From Kiritimatiellia bacterium (GTDB lineage Bacteria > Verrucomicrobiota > Kiritimatiellia > RFP12 > UBA1067): a stretch of 64,000 nt of DNA. The position numbers and the translations under genes are program-made. The stretch is from NCBI GenBank assembly GCA_050949565.1, contig JBMNFY010000004.1, forward strand, positions 71,821 to 135,820. The letters run 5' to 3'. How positions within the stretch are numbered: position 1 is the first letter of the stretch; each line of letters opens with the position of its first letter. Of this stretch, positions 56,660 through 64,000 are shown piece after piece. Under the pieces are notes generated by a model. It worked only from the letters and a program-made list of their open reading frames with translations. It was not told where the DNA came from and made no database searches.

Positions 56660-58501
56660 TTTACACTCGATCCCGATTGGGATGAACTGTCGAGTCCGCT
56701 CAAAGAGTTCGCGCGTCCAGGCTTCGCCGTAGTAGCTATGACCGGCGTGTGCGATCAGATGCGCCGTGTACGGGATACCGTGTTTACGGCAATACCGCTC
56801 ATACGCGGCGCGCGAACCTGACGCATCGGGGTCGGAGCCGCCGAACACAAAAAGGATTGGCCGCCGGAATGTGCGGAAGCGCTTGAGTACATCATTTTCC
56901 CAAGCGGCTTCGGCCGCGCTGCGCGTCTCCTGCTTCACGAGCGCCTTGGCGACCATGTTCGTCTGGACTTTGCCGCGCAGGATTTTGCGCCACGTTTCAG
57001 GGCGTGTCAGTTTACGCGCATAGGTGAGTAGCATGGCACCGGTCTTGCGGATGCCGGTGGCCGCGCTGCGCAGGTCGCCCATCGATTCGGCGGACCAGAG
57101 CACCAAGCGGTCGATGCCGGGTTCATGCGCCGCCAGCGTGATCGCCACTTTGCAACCGGAACAGATGGCGACGACGCGTATCGGTGCGTCGGCCGGCAAT
57201 CGCGCTCGCAGTTCCGCCAGCGCGGCACGCGCGGCGTCGGCCATGCCGGCGATCGATGCCTGCGACGCTGTGCCGTCGCTCAAACCGCGGCCGATGAAGT
57301 CGAGCCGCAGGCAGAGGTCGCCTTGAGCCGCGAGCTGGCGCGCGAAGCAGGTGAAGAGCCGGTGCGGCCCAGTGCGGTCGCCCGACCAGCCGTGCAGAAA
57401 CAGGGTGCCCGCGCACGGCTCACCCGGCGGCCGGTCTAGAATGGCGCGCACCGCGCCCTCTGCGGTCGGCAGCGTGATCAACTCGGCACCGGCTGTTTGT
57501 GCGTCGAGTGAAAGTGTTGGCGCGGCGACAGGCGGAGCGTTCAGACGGTCGCCCAGCCAGTCGACGCTAGCCGTAATCAATGCGTTAAGGTCCACATGGC
57601 CGACGGTGTTCCAGAACGGCGGGTAGCGCACGTCCAGCGTCGTCACGTCGTCACCAGCGGCCGCACTCACCTCTGCCGCTGTCCGCGCGTCGTGTCCGCC
57701 TGCGCTCACACAGAGCGGGAGTCGAGCGCGTGTTTCGTGCTGTGCTAAGCTCCCGACTCCCCCCCCCTTTTCATCAGAAACGCATGATTCTCGCTCGCTT
57801 CTGTCATCAATCGAGGCTCTTGCAAAACCCCTCGTGGCATGGGCGTCCCGCCCATGAAACACGGGCAAGATGCCCGTGCCACACTTGCAGGCAAGGGGTT
57901 TTGCAAGACCCTCAACCGTTAGCTTGTGCAGCCAATTGTACAACGCGCTGGTTACGGGGTAGCCGTCGAGATCGACGCACTCACCGTTGCGCCAGCGGGC
58001 TTCCAGATCGGCCCGTCCTTCGCGCGCCTTGTCGTAGGCCACCATGTCATTGACCATGCGGCGTTGCAGGAGTTGGCGGATGAAATCAGGTCCGGCGACC
58101 GGTGCCCACAGCAGGCAGGCGGCCATGTCGGGGCGGCGCGCCGCCAGACGCAACGCCAGCAGTGCGCCGCAGCGCAGCCCGAGCGCGGCGCGCGGCACGT
58201 CAGGAAATTGATCCGCCAGCCAACTCCACGCTGCGTCGCAATCGTGCTCGAAGCCCTCCGGGTCTTGTTCTTCGAAGGCGCCGTCGGAGTCGCCGCAGCC
58301 GCGCAGATCAAAGAGCAGCGTGGCGATGCCCCGCGCCGCCAACGCTCGGGCGGTTTGCATAAAAGCCGGCAGGGCGCCCTTGCGCTCTTCGACGAGCGGC
58401 GGGATACATAACACGGTGCCACGCACGGTGTCCGGCACGAAGCAGGTAGCGGACAACGCGCGTCCGTCAACCGTCAGGAAAAAAGCATGTTGCGTACACA
58501 T
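56621..58501 (-). CDS. Fused double alpha/beta hydrolase (resembles exosortase-associated hydrolase 2 plus hydrolase 1) with an in-frame repeat insertion
   Basis: N half PPLVEERK, FDLRGCGDSDG, LGLRCGA; C half LHGWSGDRTGPHRLF, LDFIGRGLSDG, AICSG, AGHSY. Confidence 0.8.
   Translation of the reverse strand: MCTQHAFFLTVDGRALSATCFVPDTVRGTVLCIPPLVEERKGALPAFMQTARALAARGIATLLFDLRGCGDSDGAFEEQDPEGFEHDCDAAWSWLADQFPDVPRAALGLRCGALLALRLAARRPDMAACLLWAPVAGPDFIRQLLQRRMVNDMVAYDKAREGRADLEARWRNGECVDLDGYPVTSALYNWLHKLTVEGLAKPLACKCGTGILPVFHGRDAHATRGFARASIDDRSERESCVSDEKGGGVGSLAQHETRARLPLCVSAGGHDARTAAEVSAAAGDDVTTLDVRYPPFWNTVGHVDLNALITASVDWLGDRLNAPPVAAPTLSLDAQTAGAELITLPTAEGAVRAILDRPPGEPCAGTLFLHGWSGDRTGPHRLFTCFARQLAAQGDLCLRLDFIGRGLSDGTASQASIAGMADAARAALAELRARLPADAPIRVVAICSGCKVAITLAAHEPGIDRLVLWSAESMGDLRSAATGIRKTGAMLLTYARKLTRPETWRKILRGKVQTNMVAKALVKQETRSAAEAAWENDVLKRFRTFRRPILFVFGGSDPDASGSRAAYERYCRKHGIPYTAHLIAHAGHSYYGEAWTRELFERTRQFIPIGIECKDGGVTAAGQADA
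57813..57913. repeat. 101-bp palindromic REPIN-like element located in frame inside the hydrolase CDS
   Basis: Near-identical to intergenic 22705-22805; translates as EGLAKPLACKCGTGILPVFHGRDAHATRGFARA. Confidence 0.9.
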
Positions 58502-58520
58502 ACGCGCGAACTACGGAGGG

Positions 58521-59447
58521 TTACAAGCGGTTGATCATCTCCAGCACGATACGCCCGGTGGTCAGCAGACTATCAACCGAGAGTTTGTCGAGCGTGTCTT
58601 CCGGAGTGTGCCAGTAATCGTTTAATCCGGGGCGGCTGCCGAACTCGAAGTCGATCAGGTTGACCGCCGGGAAGCCGAGGTCGAGAAAGGCTTGGTGGTC
58701 ATCGTAGATGATGCCGTCGAACAGACCGATGCGGGCGCGGTCGCCGGTGGCTTCCGCCGCCTTCAGCGCCAGCAGGCGTAACGCGGCGGTGCTGTTGCGG
58801 GGCACCGTCAGCTTGAGGTCGCGGTCGCCGACCATGTCCATCAGGATCACGGCCTTGACGTCGCGGCCCTCGGCTTTGATCTGCTTGGCAAGGCGTCGGC
58901 TGCCGTGGAAGCCGTCGCGGTCGCTGTAGGCGAGCATGCACTCTTCGCCGTCCATGAAGCCGCAGAGGATGTTGTGCGGGAGCGGACCCGCCGCGCGTAG
59001 GATCGCGGCCAGTTCGATCAGCAGGCCCGTGGAAGAGCCGCTGTCGTTCGCGCCCTGAAAGCCCTTGCCGATGCCGCTCATCGTATCGAAGTGCGAAAGC
59101 AGGATGATCCAACCGTCACCGGTGCCAGGGATGGTCGCGAGCACATTGAAAAACGGTTTCGTTCCGCGCGGCGTAGGATCGGTGAAGCGGTCGATGCGCA
59201 CGTCGACATTGCGTTCAGCCAGACGGTCGTGGATCCAGTGCGCGGCCTTCTCAGCACCGGGCGTGCCTGCGTCACGCGGCGTACAAGTCTCGACGAGTCC
59301 AGTGACGTGTGCGAAGGCATTGCTGGCCTGCGCCGCAGTGAAGGTGAGGGCGGGACGCGGCGGCGCGGTCTCAGTAGCGGGCGGCCTGTCTCCGCATCCT
59401 ACGAGCGTGAACGACAATACACAGCATGCCCACAGTGCCGGTTTCAT
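58521..59447 (-). CDS. M28 family metallopeptidase / glutaminyl-cyclase-like lipoprotein
   Basis: Lipobox LVGC; LLSHFDT, GANDSGSS, MDGEE, LMDMVGD, DDH, YWHTPEDT. Confidence 0.9.
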   Translation of the reverse strand: MKPALWACCVLSFTLVGCGDRPPATETAPPRPALTFTAAQASNAFAHVTGLVETCTPRDAGTPGAEKAAHWIHDRLAERNVDVRIDRFTDPTPRGTKPFFNVLATIPGTGDGWIILLSHFDTMSGIGKGFQGANDSGSSTGLLIELAAILRAAGPLPHNILCGFMDGEECMLAYSDRDGFHGSRRLAKQIKAEGRDVKAVILMDMVGDRDLKLTVPRNSTAALRLLALKAAEATGDRARIGLFDGIIYDDHQAFLDLGFPAVNLIDFEFGSRPGLNDYWHTPEDTLDKLSVDSLLTTGRIVLEMINRL

Positions 59448-59489
59448 TTTTTTCAGATTGCACATTTCAGATCCTACATCACCGTTTTA

Positions 59490-59885
59490 CAAACCCGCAA
59501 CTTAATTCAATATCACACAAAGGCACAAAGGCCACGAAGTTTCCCATTTTGCGCGCCACCCGGCCGCCGCACTCCAGCTCTTGGCATCGGCTTGCGAAGC
59601 ACTGGGAGGGGCAAGCGTCTGCTTGCCCGCGGACGAGCGACGCTCGTCCCTCCCGGTGCTCTGCGAGGGAACCTGAGACCATCCTTCCGCGCAGCGGAAG
59701 GCGGCTCGTGGGGACACTCGCCCTCCAGCCCTCGCGTCTTCGCGCCTTCGCGTGAAAAAACCCGAGCAGTACTCCCAAAAAACTCTGTGCCCTCTGCGTC
59801 TCTGTGAGAGGAAACCCGAGCAACGCAAATCCCAAATCCCAAATCCCAAAACCTTCGTGTCCTTCGTGCCTTCGTGGTGAGAAAC
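59490..59885. repeat. Large intergenic mosaic repeat cluster including REP composite 59604-59726 and AAATCCC heptamers
   Basis: Inverted counterpart of 42764-43010; shares an internal spacer with 56460-56583. Confidence 0.88.
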
Positions 59886-59919
59886 ACCTTTTTTTAGTGG
59901 CTTCCGCCCCGCTTGTGGG

Positions 59920-61041
59920 TCAGTCCAGCGAGACGCCGAGCAAGTGCAGGAGGCGGTCGAGATCGTCGTTGTCGTAGAAGTCGATCTCCAGCACGCCCTT
60001 GGTGTGCTTGCCGTTGGCATGCGTGACACCGGGTGTGAGCCGTATGGCGGTGCCGAAATGTTTGTGCAGGCGGTCGGTCAGGTCGCGCACGTAGCTTTCG
60101 GGCAGGTCGGGCTTGCCGGGGCGGCGCGTCTCCGCGCCTTCGAGACTGGCCTTGCGACGCCGGATCAGCTTTTCCAGACTGCGGACGGTCATCTCTTCGG
60201 TGACGCACTTACGCCCGAGCAGGGTCTGCTCGGTGGCGTCGGTCAATCCCAGCAGCACCTTGGCGTGCCCGGTGGAGAGCAGGCCGCTGCCGACGAGCTG
60301 CTTGACCTCGTCGGGCAGATCAAGCAGACGCAGGGAGTTGGCGACGCTGGCGCGCGCCTTGCCGACGCGGTCGGCGACTTCCTGCTGGGTGAGATTGAAG
60401 GTGTCGGCGAGTGTGCGATAGCCCTCGGCCTCTTCGATGACGTTCAGGTCTTGGCGCTGGATGTTTTCGATGATCGCCATTTCGGCGGCGCGCCGGTCTT
60501 CGGCATCCACGAGGATGATCGGCACTTTGTCGAGGCCGGCTTCGATCGCGGCGCGCAGACGCCGCTCGCCCGCGATCAGTTCGAAACGGTTGTCGCTGTT
60601 CTTGCGGCAGATCAACGGCTGGATCACGCCGTTGGCGCGGATCGATTCCGCAAGTTCGCGCATCGCGTCTTCATCGAAGGTCTGTCGCGGCTGCCAAGGC
60701 GAGCGCATGATCTCGCCGACGGGAATTTCGAGCACCCACTGCTGCGACTGCGCATCGGCGGGCACGGCAGCCGTCGGCGTGGCGGACGCGGTGGCGCCGG
60801 ATGTCGCATGTGCGGGCGGTGTCATCGTCGTTGCGAGCGGGGCCGCAGTCGTTGGGGGCGGGGTCACGGCCGGAATGTGGCTGATCAACGCACCCAGACC
60901 GCGCCCGAGCCCTGGCTTGGGATGCCGGTGGGGAGCGGCGGGCGACGCGGCGGGACGGACCGTCGCGGCAGGCTTGTTTGTTTTGGCCGTTTTGGTTGCT
61001 TTGGCCGCTTTCTTTGAAACCGTTTTTTTCGGTGTGCTCAT
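59920..61041 (-). CDS. parB: Chromosome partitioning protein ParB with a low-complexity N-terminal extension
   Basis: GLGRGLGALI, QPRQTF, GVIQPL, IAGERRLRA, ENIQRQDLN, HTH, GHAKVLL. Confidence 0.95.
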   Translation of the reverse strand: MSTPKKTVSKKAAKATKTAKTNKPAATVRPAASPAAPHRHPKPGLGRGLGALISHIPAVTPPPTTAAPLATTMTPPAHATSGATASATPTAAVPADAQSQQWVLEIPVGEIMRSPWQPRQTFDEDAMRELAESIRANGVIQPLICRKNSDNRFELIAGERRLRAAIEAGLDKVPIILVDAEDRRAAEMAIIENIQRQDLNVIEEAEGYRTLADTFNLTQQEVADRVGKARASVANSLRLLDLPDEVKQLVGSGLLSTGHAKVLLGLTDATEQTLLGRKCVTEEMTVRSLEKLIRRRKASLEGAETRRPGKPDLPESYVRDLTDRLHKHFGTAIRLTPGVTHANGKHTKGVLEIDFYDNDDLDRLLHLLGVSLD

Positions 61042-62093
61042 GGATAGATCCCCGGACGGTTGAGGCCCGCGGTCTCAGGCAGGCCGAACATGAGATTCAT
61101 GTTCTGGAGCGCCGAGCCAGCTTGGCCTTTCATCAGGTTGTCAATGTGGGCGACGATACGCAGGCGGTTGATGCGGCTGTCCACGCTAACCACCAGGTTA
61201 CAGAAATTGGTGCCGCGCACGTGGAGCGTGCCGATGGCGGCTCGGCTGTCGTAGATGCGTATAAAGGGGCTGTCTTTGAAGAAATCACGGTAAAGCGCCA
61301 CCAGATCCGCTTCGCTCATGGGGCGGCAGAGTGTGCCGTAGAGCGTCGAGAGAATGCCGCGACAGGTCGGCACGACCTGGGCGGTGAAGGTGATCTTGAC
61401 CTCGTCCCCGGCGAGCAGGCCCAATTCACGCTCGACCTCGCAGACGTGCTGGTGCCCGGCCAGCTTGTAGGCGTTCATCTGTTCGTAACGCGCCGGAAAA
61501 TGGAAAGTAGGGTTCACCTTTTTGCCGCCACCGGAGACCCCAGTCTTGCAGTCACAGATAATGCTGTTCGGTTCGAGCAGGTCGTGTTTCACGGCCGGCG
61601 CGAGTCCCAGGATGCAACTGCATGCAAAGCAGCCGGGGTTCCCAACGATGTCGGCTTTGCGGATCGCGTCGCGGTGCAACTCGGCCAGACCATAGGCACA
61701 GCGCGTCAGCAGTTCGGGGGCAGCGTGCGTGGGATCCTTGCCGATGCGCGTGGCGTAGTCGGCATAGGCTTCGACGGTCGTGAAGCGGAAATCGCCGCTG
61801 TAGTCGATGACCTTGGCACCGCGCGCCAACTCGTCGGCGGCGGCCGTCATACCGACCTTATCCGGCGTCGCAAAAAAAACGAGATCAGCCGGCTCTGCTG
61901 CACGCTCATCGTCCGCCGCCAGGATCGGCAGGTCGCAGAATCCTTCGAGATGCGGGTAAACGTCGGAGATCGGGTGCCCGACATCTTCACGCGCGACCAA
62001 AGCGACCAGTTCGGCTTCAGGATGCTGAAGCAACAGCTCGGTGATACCCACACCGCCATAGCCCGTTGCGCCCACCACTTTGACTCGAATCAT
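61038..62093 (-). CDS. argC: N-acetyl-gamma-glutamyl-phosphate reductase
   Basis: VGATGYGG, IDYSGDFR, YGLAE, GNPGC, TGVSGGG, DNLMKGQAGSALQNMN. Confidence 0.96.
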   Translation of the reverse strand: MIRVKVVGATGYGGVGITELLLQHPEAELVALVAREDVGHPISDVYPHLEGFCDLPILAADDERAAEPADLVFFATPDKVGMTAAADELARGAKVIDYSGDFRFTTVEAYADYATRIGKDPTHAAPELLTRCAYGLAELHRDAIRKADIVGNPGCFACSCILGLAPAVKHDLLEPNSIICDCKTGVSGGGKKVNPTFHFPARYEQMNAYKLAGHQHVCEVERELGLLAGDEVKITFTAQVVPTCRGILSTLYGTLCRPMSEADLVALYRDFFKDSPFIRIYDSRAAIGTLHVRGTNFCNLVVSVDSRINRLRIVAHIDNLMKGQAGSALQNMNLMFGLPETAGLNRPGIYP

Positions 62094-62178
62094 AGAAAAA
62101 ACCTTTCACCAGTGAAATAGGGGCAAGCATGTTATCAAAAAAGTCAGGCATACAAAAGGTGTCTTTGCCGTGAAAACG

Positions 62179-62335
62179 CTCAACGCTTAACTCTCAACCC
62201 TCAACGCTCAAGTGCGGAGAGAGCATCGGCATCGGGATCGAACGGATCCGATAGCGATTCTAGGAAAAGGCGCACTCACAAAACACGCGCTCGACCGCTC
62301 TCCAGTTATTAACTATTCGTTATTCACTATTCGCT
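62179..62335. repeat. Short tandem repeat mosaic (CTCAACG, ATCGGS and TATTCAC/TATTCGC types) in the argC-nadB spacer
   Basis: Same families as 13629-13648, 44676-44746 and 48290-48350, mostly inverted. Confidence 0.7.
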
Positions 62336-62393
62336 CCCGCAGTGTTACGATACGCATCACTCATGAAAAGCGAGTATGTAGGCGGGGTAAGGT

Positions 62394-63989
62394 ATGCGCA
62401 TAGAATCATGTGATTACTTTGTAGTGGGCAGCGGCATCGCCGGATTGATGACCGCGCTCTATCTCGGGCGCAAGGGGCGCGTGTTGCTGGTGACCAAGAA
62501 ACGGCTCGATGATTGCAACACCAATCGCGCGCAGGGCGGCATCGCCTGCGTGATGGAGGCGGGCGACAGCTTCGAGCAGCATGTGGCGGACACCTTGGAC
62601 GCGGGGGCGGGGCTCTGCCGTGAGGAGGTCGTGCGCGAGGTCGTGTCCGGTGGGCCGGCGCGTATTGCCGATCTAGAGACGCTGGGCGTGCGCTTCAACC
62701 CGCGCACCGATGGTGAGCCCGGTTACGATCTCGGGCGCGAGGGCGGCCACTCGCAACGCCGCGTGTTGCATGCCGGCGACATCACCGGCCAGCGTGTGGA
62801 GTCGGTGCTGGTCGATCAGGTGCGCAGGCACCCCAACATCCAGACGCACGAGTACACGATGGTGATCGACCTGATCACCACGCGCTGGCTCAAGATGTCC
62901 GGCGACAACCGTTGCGTCGGCGCGTATGTGCTCGACCAGCCAACCGGCGAAATCTATGCGGTGCGCTCGCCCCACACGGTTTTGGCGACCGGCGGTTGCG
63001 GCAAGGTCTACCTGTATACCTGCAATCCCGACATCGCCACCGGCGACGGCATGGCGCTCGCTTGGCGCGCGGGCGCCGAAATCGCGAACATGGAATTCAT
63101 CCAGTTCCATCCTACTTGCCTCTACCATCCGCAGGCCAAGCGCTTCCTCATCAGCGAGGCGGTGCGCGGCGAGGGCGCGGAACTGACCGACGCCGAAGGT
63201 CGCCCCTTCATGAAGAAGTACGATCCGCGCGGTGCGCTTGCCCCCCGCGACGTGGTGGCGCGCGCGATCGACGCCGAGATGAAGCGCACCGGTTCGCCCT
63301 ACTGTTGCTTGGACATCCGCCATAAATCAGAGGCCTTCCTCAAGGAGCGTTTCCCCAACATCTACCAGACCTGCCTCGGCTTCGGGATCGACATGGCACG
63401 CGACCTGATTCCGATCGTGCCCTCGGCCCACTATTGCTGCGGCGGCATCCGCGCCTCGGTCAGCGGCGAGACCTCGCTGCCCGGCCTCTATGCGGTCGGC
63501 GAGACCGCCTGTACCGGCCTGCACGGCGCCAACCGCCTGGCCAGTAACTCACTGCTGGAGGCATTGGTGTGCGCCTATCAGACAGCGGGCCGGATTATGG
63601 AACATCCGGAGCGCGTGCCCGATCCGCTGCGCATCCCAGACTGGGAATACGGCACGGCGGTAGCGAGCGACGAGGCGGTGATGGTGGCGCACAACTGGAT
63701 GGAGGTGCGCACCTGCATGTGGGACTACGTGGGCATCGTGCGCACCAACAAGCGGCTGGAGCGCGCGCTGCGCCGCATCCGCAACCTGCGCCGCGAAATC
63801 CGCGAGTACTACTTCGATTATCTGGTCACGGCCGACACGCTGGAGCTGCGCAACCTCGCGCTCGTCGCCGAACTGATCGTGCGCAGCGCGATGCGTCGCA
63901 AAGAGAGCCGCGGCCTGCACTACACGCTCGACTATCCCGAAACGCGCCGCATCGCGCGCGACACGATTTTGCCCGGACGGGCGAAGTAA
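62394..63989 (+). CDS. nadB: L-aspartate oxidase
   Basis: VGSGIAGL, AQGGIA, REGGHSQRRVLH, EFIQFHPT, LISEAVRGEG, GLHGANRLASNSLLE, ESRGLH. Confidence 0.97.
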   Translation: MRIESCDYFVVGSGIAGLMTALYLGRKGRVLLVTKKRLDDCNTNRAQGGIACVMEAGDSFEQHVADTLDAGAGLCREEVVREVVSGGPARIADLETLGVRFNPRTDGEPGYDLGREGGHSQRRVLHAGDITGQRVESVLVDQVRRHPNIQTHEYTMVIDLITTRWLKMSGDNRCVGAYVLDQPTGEIYAVRSPHTVLATGGCGKVYLYTCNPDIATGDGMALAWRAGAEIANMEFIQFHPTCLYHPQAKRFLISEAVRGEGAELTDAEGRPFMKKYDPRGALAPRDVVARAIDAEMKRTGSPYCCLDIRHKSEAFLKERFPNIYQTCLGFGIDMARDLIPIVPSAHYCCGGIRASVSGETSLPGLYAVGETACTGLHGANRLASNSLLEALVCAYQTAGRIMEHPERVPDPLRIPDWEYGTAVASDEAVMVAHNWMEVRTCMWDYVGIVRTNKRLERALRRIRNLRREIREYYFDYLVTADTLELRNLALVAELIVRSAMRRKESRGLHYTLDYPETRRIARDTILPGRAK

Positions 63990-64000
63990 AGTAATAGGTA

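Noticed and set aside
59426-60029. Short ORFs with mutually similar peptides such as GRDERRSSAGKQTLA (also 13201-13930, 30902-31141, 42686-43230, 56448-56636)
   Set aside because: They are translations of the REP modules with no consistent start or frame.

Overview
GC-rich bacterial chromosomal window. It is most consistent with a PVC-superphylum organism (Kiritimatiellota/Lentisphaerota-like; inferred from the long GreA, dksA-lspA synteny, and many Tat Gfo/Idh/MocA and HzsA-like/FGE proteins). Housekeeping genes are rlmI, tsaC, rpsU, pnp, rpsO, recJ, infA, purH, radC, miaA, lspA, dksA, greA, parB, argC, nadB and tRNA-Val/Tyr/Glu. They are interleaved with exported carbohydrate/redox enzymes (GH95, GH2, GH101/129-like, double FAD oxidoreductase, Gfo/ThuA/AKR cluster, phosphatase fusion), a lone GHKL ATPase beside tRNA-Val, and a short AT-rich patch of orphan genes. 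The most striking unexplained structure is non-coding: many spacers are mosaics of reusable modules (GGAG/GTGG-footed REP/REPIN hairpins, a 101-bp palindromic element, a palindrome-bounded ~200-bp element, and 6-9-nt tandem repeats). One composite sits in frame inside a hydrolase gene, and stop-containing 7/8-mers repeatedly supply or abut gene stop codons. No transposase, integrase or CRISPR array was seen. Three genes carry 1-2-nt frameshifts that may be assembly errors. All calls are from motif recognition by eye, without database searches.
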